A stretch of DNA of 64,000 bases, taken from contig OY782041.1 of assembly GCA_963677595.1 (NCBI GenBank), positions 864,001-928,000 of the forward strand, read 5' to 3'. The notes beneath the pieces were generated by a model. The model made no database searches. It had not been told where the DNA came from and was given only the letters and a program-made list of their open reading frames with translations. The DNA is from Spirochaetia bacterium. GTDB taxonomy: Bacteria > Spirochaetota > Spirochaetia > CAKZLE01. Shown piece after piece: positions 48,272 to 57,726 of the stretch. Both the position numbers and the translations under genes were made by a program. Each line of letters begins with the position of its first letter. Position 1 is the stretch's first letter.

Positions 48272-49638
48272 TGAAGATCGTACTGATCGGCGCAGGAAGC
48301 GCACAATTCGGCTACGGGATGCTCGAGGATATCTTCCAGAGCAAGAGACTGCAGGGAGCACACATCGCCCTGCTCGATATTAACCGTGAGACGGTAGATA
48401 CGGTCTACCGGAAGAGCGACCGGTTCATCACCGAACACGGGCTCCCCTACACCATCTCGGCGGGAACGGACAGGAAGGAGGCCTTGGCCGGGGCCGACTT
48501 CGTGATCATCTCCATAGAGGTCGGGGACCGGTTCGAGCTCTGGGACCAGGACTGGAAGGTCCCGCAGCAGTACGGGATCCGGCAGGTCTACGGGGAGAAC
48601 GGGGGACCTGGGGGCGTGTTCCACGCCCTGAGGATCATCCCGCCGATCCTCGAGATCTGCGATGACATCATGGAGATCTGCCCCGATGCGGTCGTGTTCA
48701 ACTACTCCAACCCGATGACTGCCATCGTCACCACAGTGAAGCGCAAATACCCTGACCTGCAGTTCATCGGCATGTGCCACGAGATTGCCTCCCTGAAGCG
48801 CTACCTCCCGGCGATCATGGAGACCCCGCTAGAGAACATCGCCTTCCGTGCCGCAGGCCTCAACCACTTCAGCGTGTTACTCGATGTCCACTACGCAGAT
48901 TCAGGGAAGGAGGCCTACCCGCTGGTCATGGAGAAGGCCCCTGCCCTCTTCTCCACTGAACCGGGTTACAGCGATGCCCTCGCCTTCGCTAAGAAGACGG
49001 GCATCACGATACAGACCGAAGGAGCCGTCGAGCGGTTCTTCTCCGAGGTGAAGGAGAGCTCCCGCCCCTGGACGGACAGGACCCTCTTCCGGGAGATCAT
49101 GGAGCGGTTCGGCCTCCTACCGATCACCTCTGACAGCCATATCGGGGAGTACATCCCCTGGGCCTATGACGCTGCCGACCACCAGGGGATCCTCGACTTC
49201 TACACCTTCTACCGCTTCTCGCTCTCCCAGGAGTACCCGGAGCTCAAGCTCCGGGATGACGGGGCCCACGAGCGGACGGTCCCGATCATCGAGGCCATCC
49301 TCGAAGACTCATGTATGGAGGAGGCTGCGGTGAACATCCTCAACGACGGGTACATCCCCGACCTGCCGCAGCGCATCGCCGTGGAGGTCCCGGGTATCAT
49401 CTCCGGCAAGGGTATAACCGGGGTGGCCTTCCCAGACTACCCGAAGGGCTTCGGCGCCCTCCTGCGAAACTACACCGGGACCTACGACCTGCTTGCAGAT
49501 GCCGTCCTCGAGGGCAGCCGGGAGCTCGTGATCCAGTCACTGCTCGTCAACCCGGTGGTCGACACGGTGAGGAAGGTCCCCGAGCTCGTCGATGTCATGC
49601 TCAATTACCAGGAGAGGTGGCTCGGCTACCTGAAATAG
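48271..49638 (+). CDS. GH4 NAD-dependent alpha-galactosidase/alpha-glucosidase
   Basis: IGAGSAQF, GENGGPGG, NYSNP, GMCHE, GLNH, VEVP. Confidence 0.9.
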   Translation: MKIVLIGAGSAQFGYGMLEDIFQSKRLQGAHIALLDINRETVDTVYRKSDRFITEHGLPYTISAGTDRKEALAGADFVIISIEVGDRFELWDQDWKVPQQYGIRQVYGENGGPGGVFHALRIIPPILEICDDIMEICPDAVVFNYSNPMTAIVTTVKRKYPDLQFIGMCHEIASLKRYLPAIMETPLENIAFRAAGLNHFSVLLDVHYADSGKEAYPLVMEKAPALFSTEPGYSDALAFAKKTGITIQTEGAVERFFSEVKESSRPWTDRTLFREIMERFGLLPITSDSHIGEYIPWAYDAADHQGILDFYTFYRFSLSQEYPELKLRDDGAHERTVPIIEAILEDSCMEEAAVNILNDGYIPDLPQRIAVEVPGIISGKGITGVAFPDYPKGFGALLRNYTGTYDLLADAVLEGSRELVIQSLLVNPVVDTVRKVPELVDVMLNYQERWLGYLK

Positions 49639-49643
49639 GAGAC

Positions 49644-49673
49644 TTGAGTCGCGGGAGGCTCCCCGCGACTCAA
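49644..49673. terminator. Hairpin between convergent genes (probable bidirectional terminator)
   Basis: TTGAGTCGCGGG-AGGCTC-CCCGCGACTCAA 12-bp perfect stem, overlapping the stop of the AAA_14 gene. Confidence 0.75.
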
Positions 49674-50878
49674 CGCTCCTTCCCAAGCAGGAAATCGAGT
49701 GCGTTCATACAGGTGATACCCTGAATCGCCGTAAGAGGATCCTCATCCATAGTAAGGATATATTTGGGGTAATGGTCGTTCACGGAAAGCAGCGGGGCAA
49801 GCTCACGATTCAGGACCGATTCATCCCGTATGGTCAGAGAAACCTGGTAATAACGGGTCCCATACTGGTCTTGGGCAATGAAATCGATCTCCTTGTCCCC
49901 TGACTTCCCGACGAATACCCGATACCCCCTCCTCCGCAGTTCCAGATAGATGATATTCTCCAGCATATGGCCCAGATCACGTCTGGTATCCCCGAGCAGC
50001 AAGAACCGCAGCCCAAGATCTGAGGCATAGTATTTCTCCAGCGTCTTCAGGTACTGTTTTCCCTGGATGTCATATCGATGGACCCGATAGAACAGGAAGC
50101 TGTTGAGCAGTGCAGTCACATACTTTTCTACGGTGGGGGCGGAGGTCCTCCTTCCTGCCGAAGTCAGCGTGTCAGAGATCTTCTTCATAGACACAGGATT
50201 ACCGATCGTGTCAAACAGGAATCGTACCACACTCTCAAGTATCATCGGGTCAGAGATCCTGGTCCTCTCAATGACATCTTTCAGGATCACCGTGCTGTAG
50301 ATTCCCTGCAGGTAATCACGAATAGTATCATTCTTCCCCCGCAGCAAAAGCGTATAAGGAAACGAGCTGAATGAGAGGTAATCCGCATATTTCCGCTGCA
50401 GATCCCCTTCCCCCAAGAAGGAGACATATTCTGCGAACGACAATGGCAGCACCTCGATCTCGATATATCGTCCAGAGAGAAGCGTAGCCAGCTCTCCCGA
50501 CAGGAGATACGCATTGGATCCTGTGATGTAGAGATCCAGCGATTCATTGAGCTGCAGGCTGGCAAGAACTCTCTGGAAATCAGGGACCTGCTGGATCTCA
50601 TCAATGAACACATAGGTCATGGCATCCTGGTCCATGGTATCAAGAATATAAGCATGCAGAGCATGTGGATCCAGCAGTGCCTGGTTTCTCATATCTTCAA
50701 GATTGACCCAGATCACTTGTGCCGGTGTCACACCGGTTCCCAGAAGGTATTCCCTATAGATCTCCAACATGGTGGATTTACCACATCTTCGTATCCCAGT
50801 GAGAACTTTTATTACTCTCGTCCCTTGTGCTTCAATCAATCGCTTCAGGTAAAGCGGTCTTGGTATATAGCTGCTCAT
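49670..50878 (-). CDS. AAA_14/DUF4143 ATPase, copy 2 (divergent from copy 1)
   Basis: GIRRCGKS, FIDEIQ, TGSN, LSGRY, KYYASDLG, LENIIY, EIDF, YQVS. Confidence 0.9.
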   Translation of the reverse strand: MSSYIPRPLYLKRLIEAQGTRVIKVLTGIRRCGKSTMLEIYREYLLGTGVTPAQVIWVNLEDMRNQALLDPHALHAYILDTMDQDAMTYVFIDEIQQVPDFQRVLASLQLNESLDLYITGSNAYLLSGELATLLSGRYIEIEVLPLSFAEYVSFLGEGDLQRKYADYLSFSSFPYTLLLRGKNDTIRDYLQGIYSTVILKDVIERTRISDPMILESVVRFLFDTIGNPVSMKKISDTLTSAGRRTSAPTVEKYVTALLNSFLFYRVHRYDIQGKQYLKTLEKYYASDLGLRFLLLGDTRRDLGHMLENIIYLELRRRGYRVFVGKSGDKEIDFIAQDQYGTRYYQVSLTIRDESVLNRELAPLLSVNDHYPKYILTMDEDPLTAIQGITCMNALDFLLGKER

Positions 50879-50887
50879 AACACCTAC

Positions 50888-50984
50888 AGTATAGCAGAAA
50901 CTGATGAGGTATGCAATTTTTTTAAAATACATTTTTAAAAGTTTGTTTATAGGCATAGTTTTTAAAATCCATTTTAAAAACTTT
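50888..50984 (-). promoter_or_regulatory. Promoter plus two tandem palindromic units (period 40)
   Basis: Minus strand TTGCAT-N17-TATACT; upstream units TTTTAAAATACATTTTTAAAA and TTTTAAAATCCATTTTAAAAA. Confidence 0.65.
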
Positions 50985-51107
50985 CAACATTGTCCTGATG
51001 AACCACCTACACCCTTAACTTCTTGTACTTTTATTACTCAAACCACTTTTTCGCGACAAGCCAATACATAAATCTTTAAAATATAAGGAGAAATAAACGG
51101 TTTTCAG

Positions 51108-51158
51108 TTGAATTCCAGGCCCAGGTCTGCTATACTTAAGGTATAAAGTATTACTCAA
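51108..51158 (+). promoter_or_regulatory. Transposase promoter with an internal copy of the IR core
   Basis: TTGAAT-N17-TATACT with an extended TG; TATTACTCAA (the IR inner end) is repeated at 51149-51158. Confidence 0.6.
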
Positions 51159-51173
51159 TACGAGGTGAATATC

Positions 51174-52901
51174 ATGTACCTAAAGACCCTGGTTGACCTG
51201 CCGGATGTCCCCGGTAAAATCGTGATTCAGACGAAGAATAATTCGTCCTACGTGCACTTCGAATACGATCGGATCTATGATGCTGACAGGAAGTTCAATG
51301 TCCCCAAGCGGGTTGTCATCGGCAAGATTGCTGGCAACGATAAGCACAAGATGTATCCGAATCCAAATTTCCTGAAGTACTTTCCTGCCGTTGATGTTTC
51401 GCCTAGTCGTACGACTGATCCAGACCGGAGCTGCTGCCTGAAGATCGGTTCCTGGTTGGCGATCCGCAGCATCATCGAGCACTATGGGATCGAGAAGACC
51501 CTCAACCCCATCATCGACAAGGATACCGGGTTCTTCCTGGACCTTGCCGCATATTCCCTGATCAGCGAGAACAATGCCGGTCAGTACTATCCTGACTATG
51601 CTTATTGCCATCCGTTGTTTACCAACGCCATGCATATCTACAGCGACTCTAAGGTCTCAGACTTCCTTAACACCATGCCTGAGCACTGGAGTGTGGAGTT
51701 CCTGAATGCGTGGAATGGACGTAGGGATCACCGAGAACGGATCTACATCTCCTACGATTCCACGAACAAGAATTGCCAGGCCGGGGACATCGAGATCGTC
51801 GAGTTTGGGCATCCAAAGGATGAACAGGGGCTTCCCGTTTTCAATTATTCGATTGCCTATGACAAGACGAACCAGGTCCCCTTGTTCTATGAGGAGTATC
51901 CCGGCAGTATCGTAGATGTCTCACAGCTCCAATTCATGCTGGAGAAAGCACTCAGCTATGGATACCGGCATTGCGGGTTCATACTTGACCGAGGATACTT
52001 CTCCAAGGCGAATATCCAGTACATGGACGCCTGCGGCTATGAGTTCGTCATCATGGTCAAGGGCATGAAGGACCTCGTCTCCGGCTTGGTTCTGGAGCAT
52101 CAGAGGAGCTTTGAGACTGACCGGAGATGTTTCATTCGTGGGCACCGGGTGTATGGGAAGACCATCAAGGCACCGCTGTACGCTGATGATACACGAGAGC
52201 GGTATTTCCACATCTTCCATTCCTCAACGCTTGAATGCAGCCAGAGAGGCAAGCTTGAGGCTAAGCTGGAGCGGATGGAGAAGAGTCTCCTCAAGCATCG
52301 GGGACAGGCGATCACGTTCCCGAAATCGTACTCCCAGTATTATGAGCTCTATTTCAATGAGCAGGATGGATCAGCTAAGACCCTGGTCCACTGGCGGGAA
52401 CGGAACGATGTGATCCAGCGGGAATTGTCCCTATGCGGCTACTTCGCCATCGTCACCTCTGAGCAGATGACGGCCCAGGAGGCTATGGATCTCTATCGGA
52501 GCAGAGATGCTTCGGAGAAGCTGTTCAGAAGCGACAAAACCTTTTTGGGCAACAAGAGCCTGCGTGTCCATTCCGACCAGGCTGCGGATGCCAAGGTGTT
52601 CATCGGGTTTGTCGCTCTCATCATACGCAATCGTCTCTACAACCTGCTTAAGGATGCGATGGCGCGGATGGAAAAGAGGCCAAACTACATGACAGTCCCG
52701 GCGGCAATCAAGGAGTTGGACAAGATCGAGATGGTACGCCAGTTTGACGGCATCTACCGGCTCGATCATGCCGTAACGAAGACCCAGAAAGTGATCCTGG
52801 AGGCCCTGGGCTTAGATCCTGCCTCGGTACAGACTACAGCTCAATCCATTAGTGGGGTATTGGCTGCAACAGGCACATCTGACAAACAGGAGGGATCGTG
52901 A
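51174..52901 (+). CDS. IS1634-family DDE transposase
   Basis: YDSTN (D1), FGHPKD, LDRGYFS (D2), YRSRDASEKLF (E); intact 575-aa frame. Confidence 0.88.
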   Translation: MYLKTLVDLPDVPGKIVIQTKNNSSYVHFEYDRIYDADRKFNVPKRVVIGKIAGNDKHKMYPNPNFLKYFPAVDVSPSRTTDPDRSCCLKIGSWLAIRSIIEHYGIEKTLNPIIDKDTGFFLDLAAYSLISENNAGQYYPDYAYCHPLFTNAMHIYSDSKVSDFLNTMPEHWSVEFLNAWNGRRDHRERIYISYDSTNKNCQAGDIEIVEFGHPKDEQGLPVFNYSIAYDKTNQVPLFYEEYPGSIVDVSQLQFMLEKALSYGYRHCGFILDRGYFSKANIQYMDACGYEFVIMVKGMKDLVSGLVLEHQRSFETDRRCFIRGHRVYGKTIKAPLYADDTRERYFHIFHSSTLECSQRGKLEAKLERMEKSLLKHRGQAITFPKSYSQYYELYFNEQDGSAKTLVHWRERNDVIQRELSLCGYFAIVTSEQMTAQEAMDLYRSRDASEKLFRSDKTFLGNKSLRVHSDQAADAKVFIGFVALIIRNRLYNLLKDAMARMEKRPNYMTVPAAIKELDKIEMVRQFDGIYRLDHAVTKTQKVILEALGLDPASVQTTAQSISGVLAATGTSDKQEGS

Positions 52902-53122
52902 TGGCTCGCACAAGGACGATGGCATCGATTGATGCAAAGATCAAGAAGGCCCAAGATGCAGTGGAACAAACGAAAGACCGGTATGATGCTGCCGTAACTG
53001 AACTGGAACGATGGTACGAAGAGAAGAAGAACCTTCAGCTGCAGGAACTTGCCCAGGCGCTCAACAAGAGTGATAAGAGTTTTGAAGACGTGATGCGATT
53101 CATCAAGGATGGTACCCGCTGA
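52901..53122 (+). CDS. Small coiled-coil passenger protein inside the IS
   Basis: TGATG coupling to the transposase, AGGAGG RBS, heptad pattern; ends 16 nt before the right IR. Confidence 0.75.
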   Translation: MARTRTMASIDAKIKKAQDAVEQTKDRYDAAVTELERWYEEKKNLQLQELAQALNKSDKSFEDVMRFIKDGTR

Positions 53123-53237
53123 GGCCTCGATGTAGACCTTGAGTAATAAAAAGTCAGGAAGTTAAGTTACACACATCCCTATTCACATCCAACCCTTTCT
53201 TCATATATAATATATGATATAACGATTCGAGGGGTGT

Positions 53238-54326
53238 ATGATGGACCATATCCAACAGGGAATAACAGTGATCTACGGGGAAGACGATCTGCAGCAGATG
53301 ACGGTGGACCTGCTCGAGACGGTCGAGCTGGCACAGAGGATCCCAAAGGGTTCCCGGATCTGCCTGAAGCCGAACCTGGTAGTCGCGAGCCCTGCAGACG
53401 GGGGAGCCACGACTCACCCGGAGATCGTCGAGGGGGCCATCCAGTACCTGCAGTCCCACGGATTCGACTCCATCACCATCGCGGAAGGTTCCTGGGTCGG
53501 GGACAGGACTGACCGGGCTTTCAAGCGCTGCGGTTACACCGACCTCTCGAAACGGTATCAGGTACCCCTGATCGATACCCAGAAGCTCAGCTATGACTCT
53601 GTCTACACCGATGACTACAACCTCAAGATCTGCGACTGCATGAGTGAGTTCGATGTGCTCGTCAACATGCCGGTCCTCAAGGGCCATTGCCAGACCTGGT
53701 ACACCGGGGCATTGAAGAACCTCAAGGGCTGCATCCCAAACAGCGAGAAACGGAGATTCCATTCCGAAGGGCTCCATGAGCCGATCGCACAGCTCAACAC
53801 GGTGCTCAGGCAGGACTTCATCATCATGGACGGGATCTGCGGGGACCCGACCTTCGAGGAGGGGGGATCCCCCTCGGACATGCACCGGATCCTCTTCTGT
53901 ACCGACCCCGTCCTGCTCGACAGCTATGCCGTGACGCTCCTCAACATGGAACCTGAAGAGGTGCCCTACATCACGCGCTCAGCGGAACTCGGGGTCGGCG
54001 AACTCTGGGACCCTGCTGAGGCTATCAGGGAGATCAATGAACCGGAAGAACGAAGGGACTCCTTCAGCAGGGACCCCATCCTCGGACAGATCGCCGCGCA
54101 GATAGACCAGCGGGATGCCTGCTCCTCCTGCTATGCCAATCTGGTGGAGGCAGTGAAGAGGACAGGGACTGACAAGCAGTTCGTCATCGGCAGGGCGTTC
54201 AGGGACAAGGAGGCCTGTGAGCATACTGATGGCAAGGTCGGCATCGGTAACTGCACCTCCAAGTGCACGAACTTCATCAAGGGCTGCCCCCCATCAGTGG
54301 AGGAGATCATGGGGAGGATCTCCTAA
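53238..54326 (+). CDS. DUF362-domain Fe-S protein
   Basis: LKPNLV, TTHPE, PVLKGH, LKNLKG, DPVLLD, C-terminal ACSSC, GNC, GCPP. Confidence 0.85.
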   Translation: MMDHIQQGITVIYGEDDLQQMTVDLLETVELAQRIPKGSRICLKPNLVVASPADGGATTHPEIVEGAIQYLQSHGFDSITIAEGSWVGDRTDRAFKRCGYTDLSKRYQVPLIDTQKLSYDSVYTDDYNLKICDCMSEFDVLVNMPVLKGHCQTWYTGALKNLKGCIPNSEKRRFHSEGLHEPIAQLNTVLRQDFIIMDGICGDPTFEEGGSPSDMHRILFCTDPVLLDSYAVTLLNMEPEEVPYITRSAELGVGELWDPAEAIREINEPEERRDSFSRDPILGQIAAQIDQRDACSSCYANLVEAVKRTGTDKQFVIGRAFRDKEACEHTDGKVGIGNCTSKCTNFIKGCPPSVEEIMGRIS

Positions 54327-54958
54327 GTCTTTGATACAAACCATTCAGGTGGACAGGTTATTGTAATTCCTTTATAGGTTATTTCTTTAGGGAATATACT
54401 ATTAATAATATGCGACTGTTTCATTTTGATAACGAAATCTGCGTGTTTACGTAAATCATTACTCCATTTACCATAGGGAGGAAAAATCCCAATATCTTTA
54501 TTAGGAAAACACTTTTTTACTTCTTTGATAGCATTCAAGATATCAGAATCACCTGAAACAACTACAGCTTTATCATATTCATCTAAAAATGCATTCTTGA
54601 ATAATGTAATTGCTAAATTGACATCTGTGTTTTTCTCTTCTGCGCTACGGAATACTGATCTGCATTTTGGACAGAATCGATCTTTCTTCTTGAATTCTCC
54701 CTCTATAATATTGACACCTTTACTCATAAGAGCCTTTATATACACTCTATGTCTCTTTATCGTTCCTTGGCCATTGAAAGGATATATTGCTGTAAAATAG
54801 TTTATACTGGCTAACTCTTCATTGGGTCTCAATAAACTTGAGAACAAGCTGTATAAGTCAAGCCACTTCACAGAAGAGTTCTGTTTTTCTTTGGCTAGAT
54901 TGCGCAGAGAGTAATAAAGATTGAATCCATCTACAAAGAATGATACTTTTGTTTTCAT
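54323..54958 (-). CDS. NYN-domain (LabA/DUF88, PIN-like) ribonuclease with a CxxC insert
   Basis: FVDGFNLYY, CPKC, EEKNTDVNLA, VSGDSD; strongly AT-rich. Confidence 0.88.
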   Translation of the reverse strand: MKTKVSFFVDGFNLYYSLRNLAKEKQNSSVKWLDLYSLFSSLLRPNEELASINYFTAIYPFNGQGTIKRHRVYIKALMSKGVNIIEGEFKKKDRFCPKCRSVFRSAEEKNTDVNLAITLFKNAFLDEYDKAVVVSGDSDILNAIKEVKKCFPNKDIGIFPPYGKWSNDLRKHADFVIKMKQSHIINSIFPKEITYKGITITCPPEWFVSKT

Positions 54959-55004
54959 AAAAAAACCCAGGCCTAACCTGGGGGTCTATGAGTCAAACTC
55001 ATAG
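54959..55004 (-). ncRNA. Candidate structured leader or small RNA (two hairpins plus U7) directly upstream of the NYN gene
   Basis: Minus strand CTATGAGT-TTG-ACTCATAG, then CCCAGG-TTAGG-CCTGGG-TTTTTTT-ATG; upstream TTGACG-N17-TATTTT at 55022-55050. Confidence 0.55.
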
Positions 55005-55155
55005 GGATGTTTTCTAATTATAAAATATAATATAGTCGCACATACGTCAAGATATCCTTCAAAAGAAATCCTGATTTGCGCAAGGCATTACAAAATCGAG
55101 ACAAACCTCTTATAAATACTGAAACAGTAGCAACGTGTTTGCTCTTTCTCAACAC

Positions 55156-55752
55156 TCAAGATCTCTCTCTGGTATAGATCTCGATCCACTCCGGGGTCTG
55201 CTCATCAAGGAAGGCCTTGAGCTCCCTGAAGTGCCCCGTCTCCTCTGTATGCTGCTTGAACCAATCACAGATCAGGTGGTCAGCGAACGTCTCGCTGTCA
55301 TCCTGCAGGTACTCGTGCATGTCAGTCATGGCATCCTCATCGAACATCTGCAGCCCGAGGATTATTCCTTCGAGATGTACCAGTTCCTCCTTATGCTTAC
55401 CGAGCCTGCGGCACTGGTCCATCTCACTGGTATACCCCCTTACAACCTCTTCCATCATCTCGTAGGCTACATCTATCGGGTCACTGTACCCGCCGCCCCG
55501 CTGCGGTCCTGAGGCATCCCAGCAGTCCTCGATCTCCAGGGAACACAGTTCATCATACAGACGATCTGCTATCCCGGAAGGATCCACCTCCGAGATGACA
55601 ACATCTGCCTCCTTGACCACTGCTGACGCAATAGAGGCATCCCTGCTTACGAGGGTATAGAGTATGCGCAGCGCCTGATCCCCGTTCAGGTTCCCGGCGA
55701 TCTTCTTCCCCTTCTCGATAATCTCCTTACTCTTAGGCTTAGCGGCCATCAT
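55156..55752 (-). CDS. Hypothetical acidic helical protein co-transcribed with the SWIM protein
   Basis: GAGGAGG RBS, 9 nt after the SWIM gene; host-like codon usage. Confidence 0.7.
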   Translation of the reverse strand: MMAAKPKSKEIIEKGKKIAGNLNGDQALRILYTLVSRDASIASAVVKEADVVISEVDPSGIADRLYDELCSLEIEDCWDASGPQRGGGYSDPIDVAYEMMEEVVRGYTSEMDQCRRLGKHKEELVHLEGIILGLQMFDEDAMTDMHEYLQDDSETFADHLICDWFKQHTEETGHFRELKAFLDEQTPEWIEIYTRERS

Positions 55753-55761
55753 CCCTCCTCA

Positions 55762-57492
55762 TCAGACCTTGCTCACTTCATCCTTGAAGGCAGGCTTGTT
55801 GGAATAGGTTACCAGCAGATACGTCTTGACCTTCTCGGCCATCACAACACCACCGATACTCTTGAGCCTGGTGATCAGGCTGCAGACCTTCCGATACCCT
55901 GCACGATCCCAGGCGCGCGAGGCATCATGCAGGATCAGCTTCGCATACAGTTCATATACTTCATCGGGATACTCTTTGACCAGGATCTCATCATAATCCA
56001 GGAGCTCGTGGGGCGACGCCGCCACGAGCGACAGGAGCCTCCCATATTCTTCCTCAGCGATGTAGACCCTGGCTGCATACTTCTGCATCAAGAACCCCGA
56101 AGTGACCTGGACCAGGTCATCCAGCTGGTCCAGGAACAGTGGCGCTGCCTGTTTCCACTGATCGTCAGGGAAGCAGGCCTTATACCGGAGGAAGTCATCG
56201 AAATCCTTCGATATGAAGTACAGGTCAGACAGTGCCGACTTCAGCTCCTCGGGCTTCCCGGCTGCTTCATAGATGCGGCAGCGTTCCTTGATATACGCTA
56301 TCTCAGTTCGTTCGTCATCCTTCTTACGAGCCAGTTTCTCTCCCTCACGTGCCAGGGCTTCCGCATCCTCGAACCGGCCGGCATCAAAGGCACGTCTGAT
56401 CAGGCGTTTCCTCATCTTCGGGTACTGGATATATCCTTCCAGCAGGGCAGTGACTTCCTCATCTGTCATATAGGTGCTGTACAGCCTATAGAGGACCTCC
56501 AGAAGCTCGTATGTCAAGAAGGGGACCTGATGACTTGCCGCTCCTTTCAGACTCGAGCGCAGGCAGGAGGCAAGGAGATCGACATGCTCCCTATTCCGAC
56601 AGAGGTGTTCAGCCAGCTTCAGGAACTCCACCTCCCGGTCGGCCATACCATGGGCTCGTACCTTCTCTACCTGCTTGATGAAGCAGCTGATGTACTCAGT
56701 ACGTACCCCGTCGGTGAGATCATCGAGGGTGCAGACCTGCTCCATGATCTCCGGCAATTCATACAGGGGATCTATCAACTCATCAGGGAACTCCTCCAGC
56801 TCATAATAGGCTTTAGCCAGGGGAAAGAAGACGGCAAAGGAGAGGTCGAGCACCTCCCGGGGTTCCATACGATCGTATGCGGCATACACATAGCCCATGG
56901 CCTGGTCGATCAGTTCTTTGTGGTACTCCGCCGTCTCCTGCGCTTCAACGGGCTCCTCAGTGAGTTCATATAAGTCTATCAGGTCATCCATGGCGGTCTC
57001 AACCAGTTCCCTGACGGTATCCAGGCTCGTTTCCTTGGTCTCGGGGGCATTGCTGCCTGCGATAAAGGAACGGACCAGCATCCCGTTGTCGGGATCCTGC
57101 CTGATCAGTACCTTCAGGAGTTTAAGCAGCTGCTCACGGTCGAGGGCCTCCAATGCCTCGATAGTCTGCCCCGCCCAGTCCAGGGAGACCTCACCGTCAC
57201 TATCCTTGATCCCAAGCTCCTCCTGGAGCTCATACAGCACGGCAGCCATATGCTTACAGTTGTCCTCTTCGGCGTAGGGACAATCGCAGGTGATGCTGGT
57301 GATCTCATAATCGGAAGTCAGGGTGAGGGAAACCTCATACGGGTTCGACCCGTATACCAGGGCAGTCCAGGAATCCCCTGAATGCTCAAGGTCCTGCACT
57401 CTCCCGTCATCGTAATAGCCTTCCCCGCGTTTCAGGATATGGGGCTGGAACAGGTCTTCGAACTCGTCAAGGAATACGCTCTTATGCTTCAT
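55762..57492 (-). CDS. SWIM zinc-finger protein with a helical/TPR-like C-terminus
   Basis: RGEGYY..GRV, VYGSNPYEV, CDCP..CKHMAAV; GGAGG RBS. Confidence 0.88.
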   Translation of the reverse strand: MKHKSVFLDEFEDLFQPHILKRGEGYYDDGRVQDLEHSGDSWTALVYGSNPYEVSLTLTSDYEITSITCDCPYAEEDNCKHMAAVLYELQEELGIKDSDGEVSLDWAGQTIEALEALDREQLLKLLKVLIRQDPDNGMLVRSFIAGSNAPETKETSLDTVRELVETAMDDLIDLYELTEEPVEAQETAEYHKELIDQAMGYVYAAYDRMEPREVLDLSFAVFFPLAKAYYELEEFPDELIDPLYELPEIMEQVCTLDDLTDGVRTEYISCFIKQVEKVRAHGMADREVEFLKLAEHLCRNREHVDLLASCLRSSLKGAASHQVPFLTYELLEVLYRLYSTYMTDEEVTALLEGYIQYPKMRKRLIRRAFDAGRFEDAEALAREGEKLARKKDDERTEIAYIKERCRIYEAAGKPEELKSALSDLYFISKDFDDFLRYKACFPDDQWKQAAPLFLDQLDDLVQVTSGFLMQKYAARVYIAEEEYGRLLSLVAASPHELLDYDEILVKEYPDEVYELYAKLILHDASRAWDRAGYRKVCSLITRLKSIGGVVMAEKVKTYLLVTYSNKPAFKDEVSKV

Positions 57493-57726
57493 CACTGATG
57501 GAACCTCCTGCAACAGGTACATATACTTGAAGTATAGCTGAAAGTGAGTACATCCGCCACAAGAACCGAATACTTTCCATTACCGGCCGGCAGAGTAGTA
57601 AGAGTCATGCATATCGTTTGTGGCATGGACACCCTCTGGAATCTGCAGTATCATAGATACGTGGTTCCTCTCTTTATACGGTCATGAGGATTCTGGTGAA
57701 CATGATCAGTACCAGGAGGAGACACC

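Larger units (their letters stand above)
51013..53167 (+). mobile_element. IS1634-family insertion sequence, complete, carrying two ORFs
   Basis: 28-bp terminal IRs at 51014-51041 and 53139-53166 (24/28 identical); 5-bp direct repeat TACAC at 51008-51012 and 53168-53172. Confidence 0.88.
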
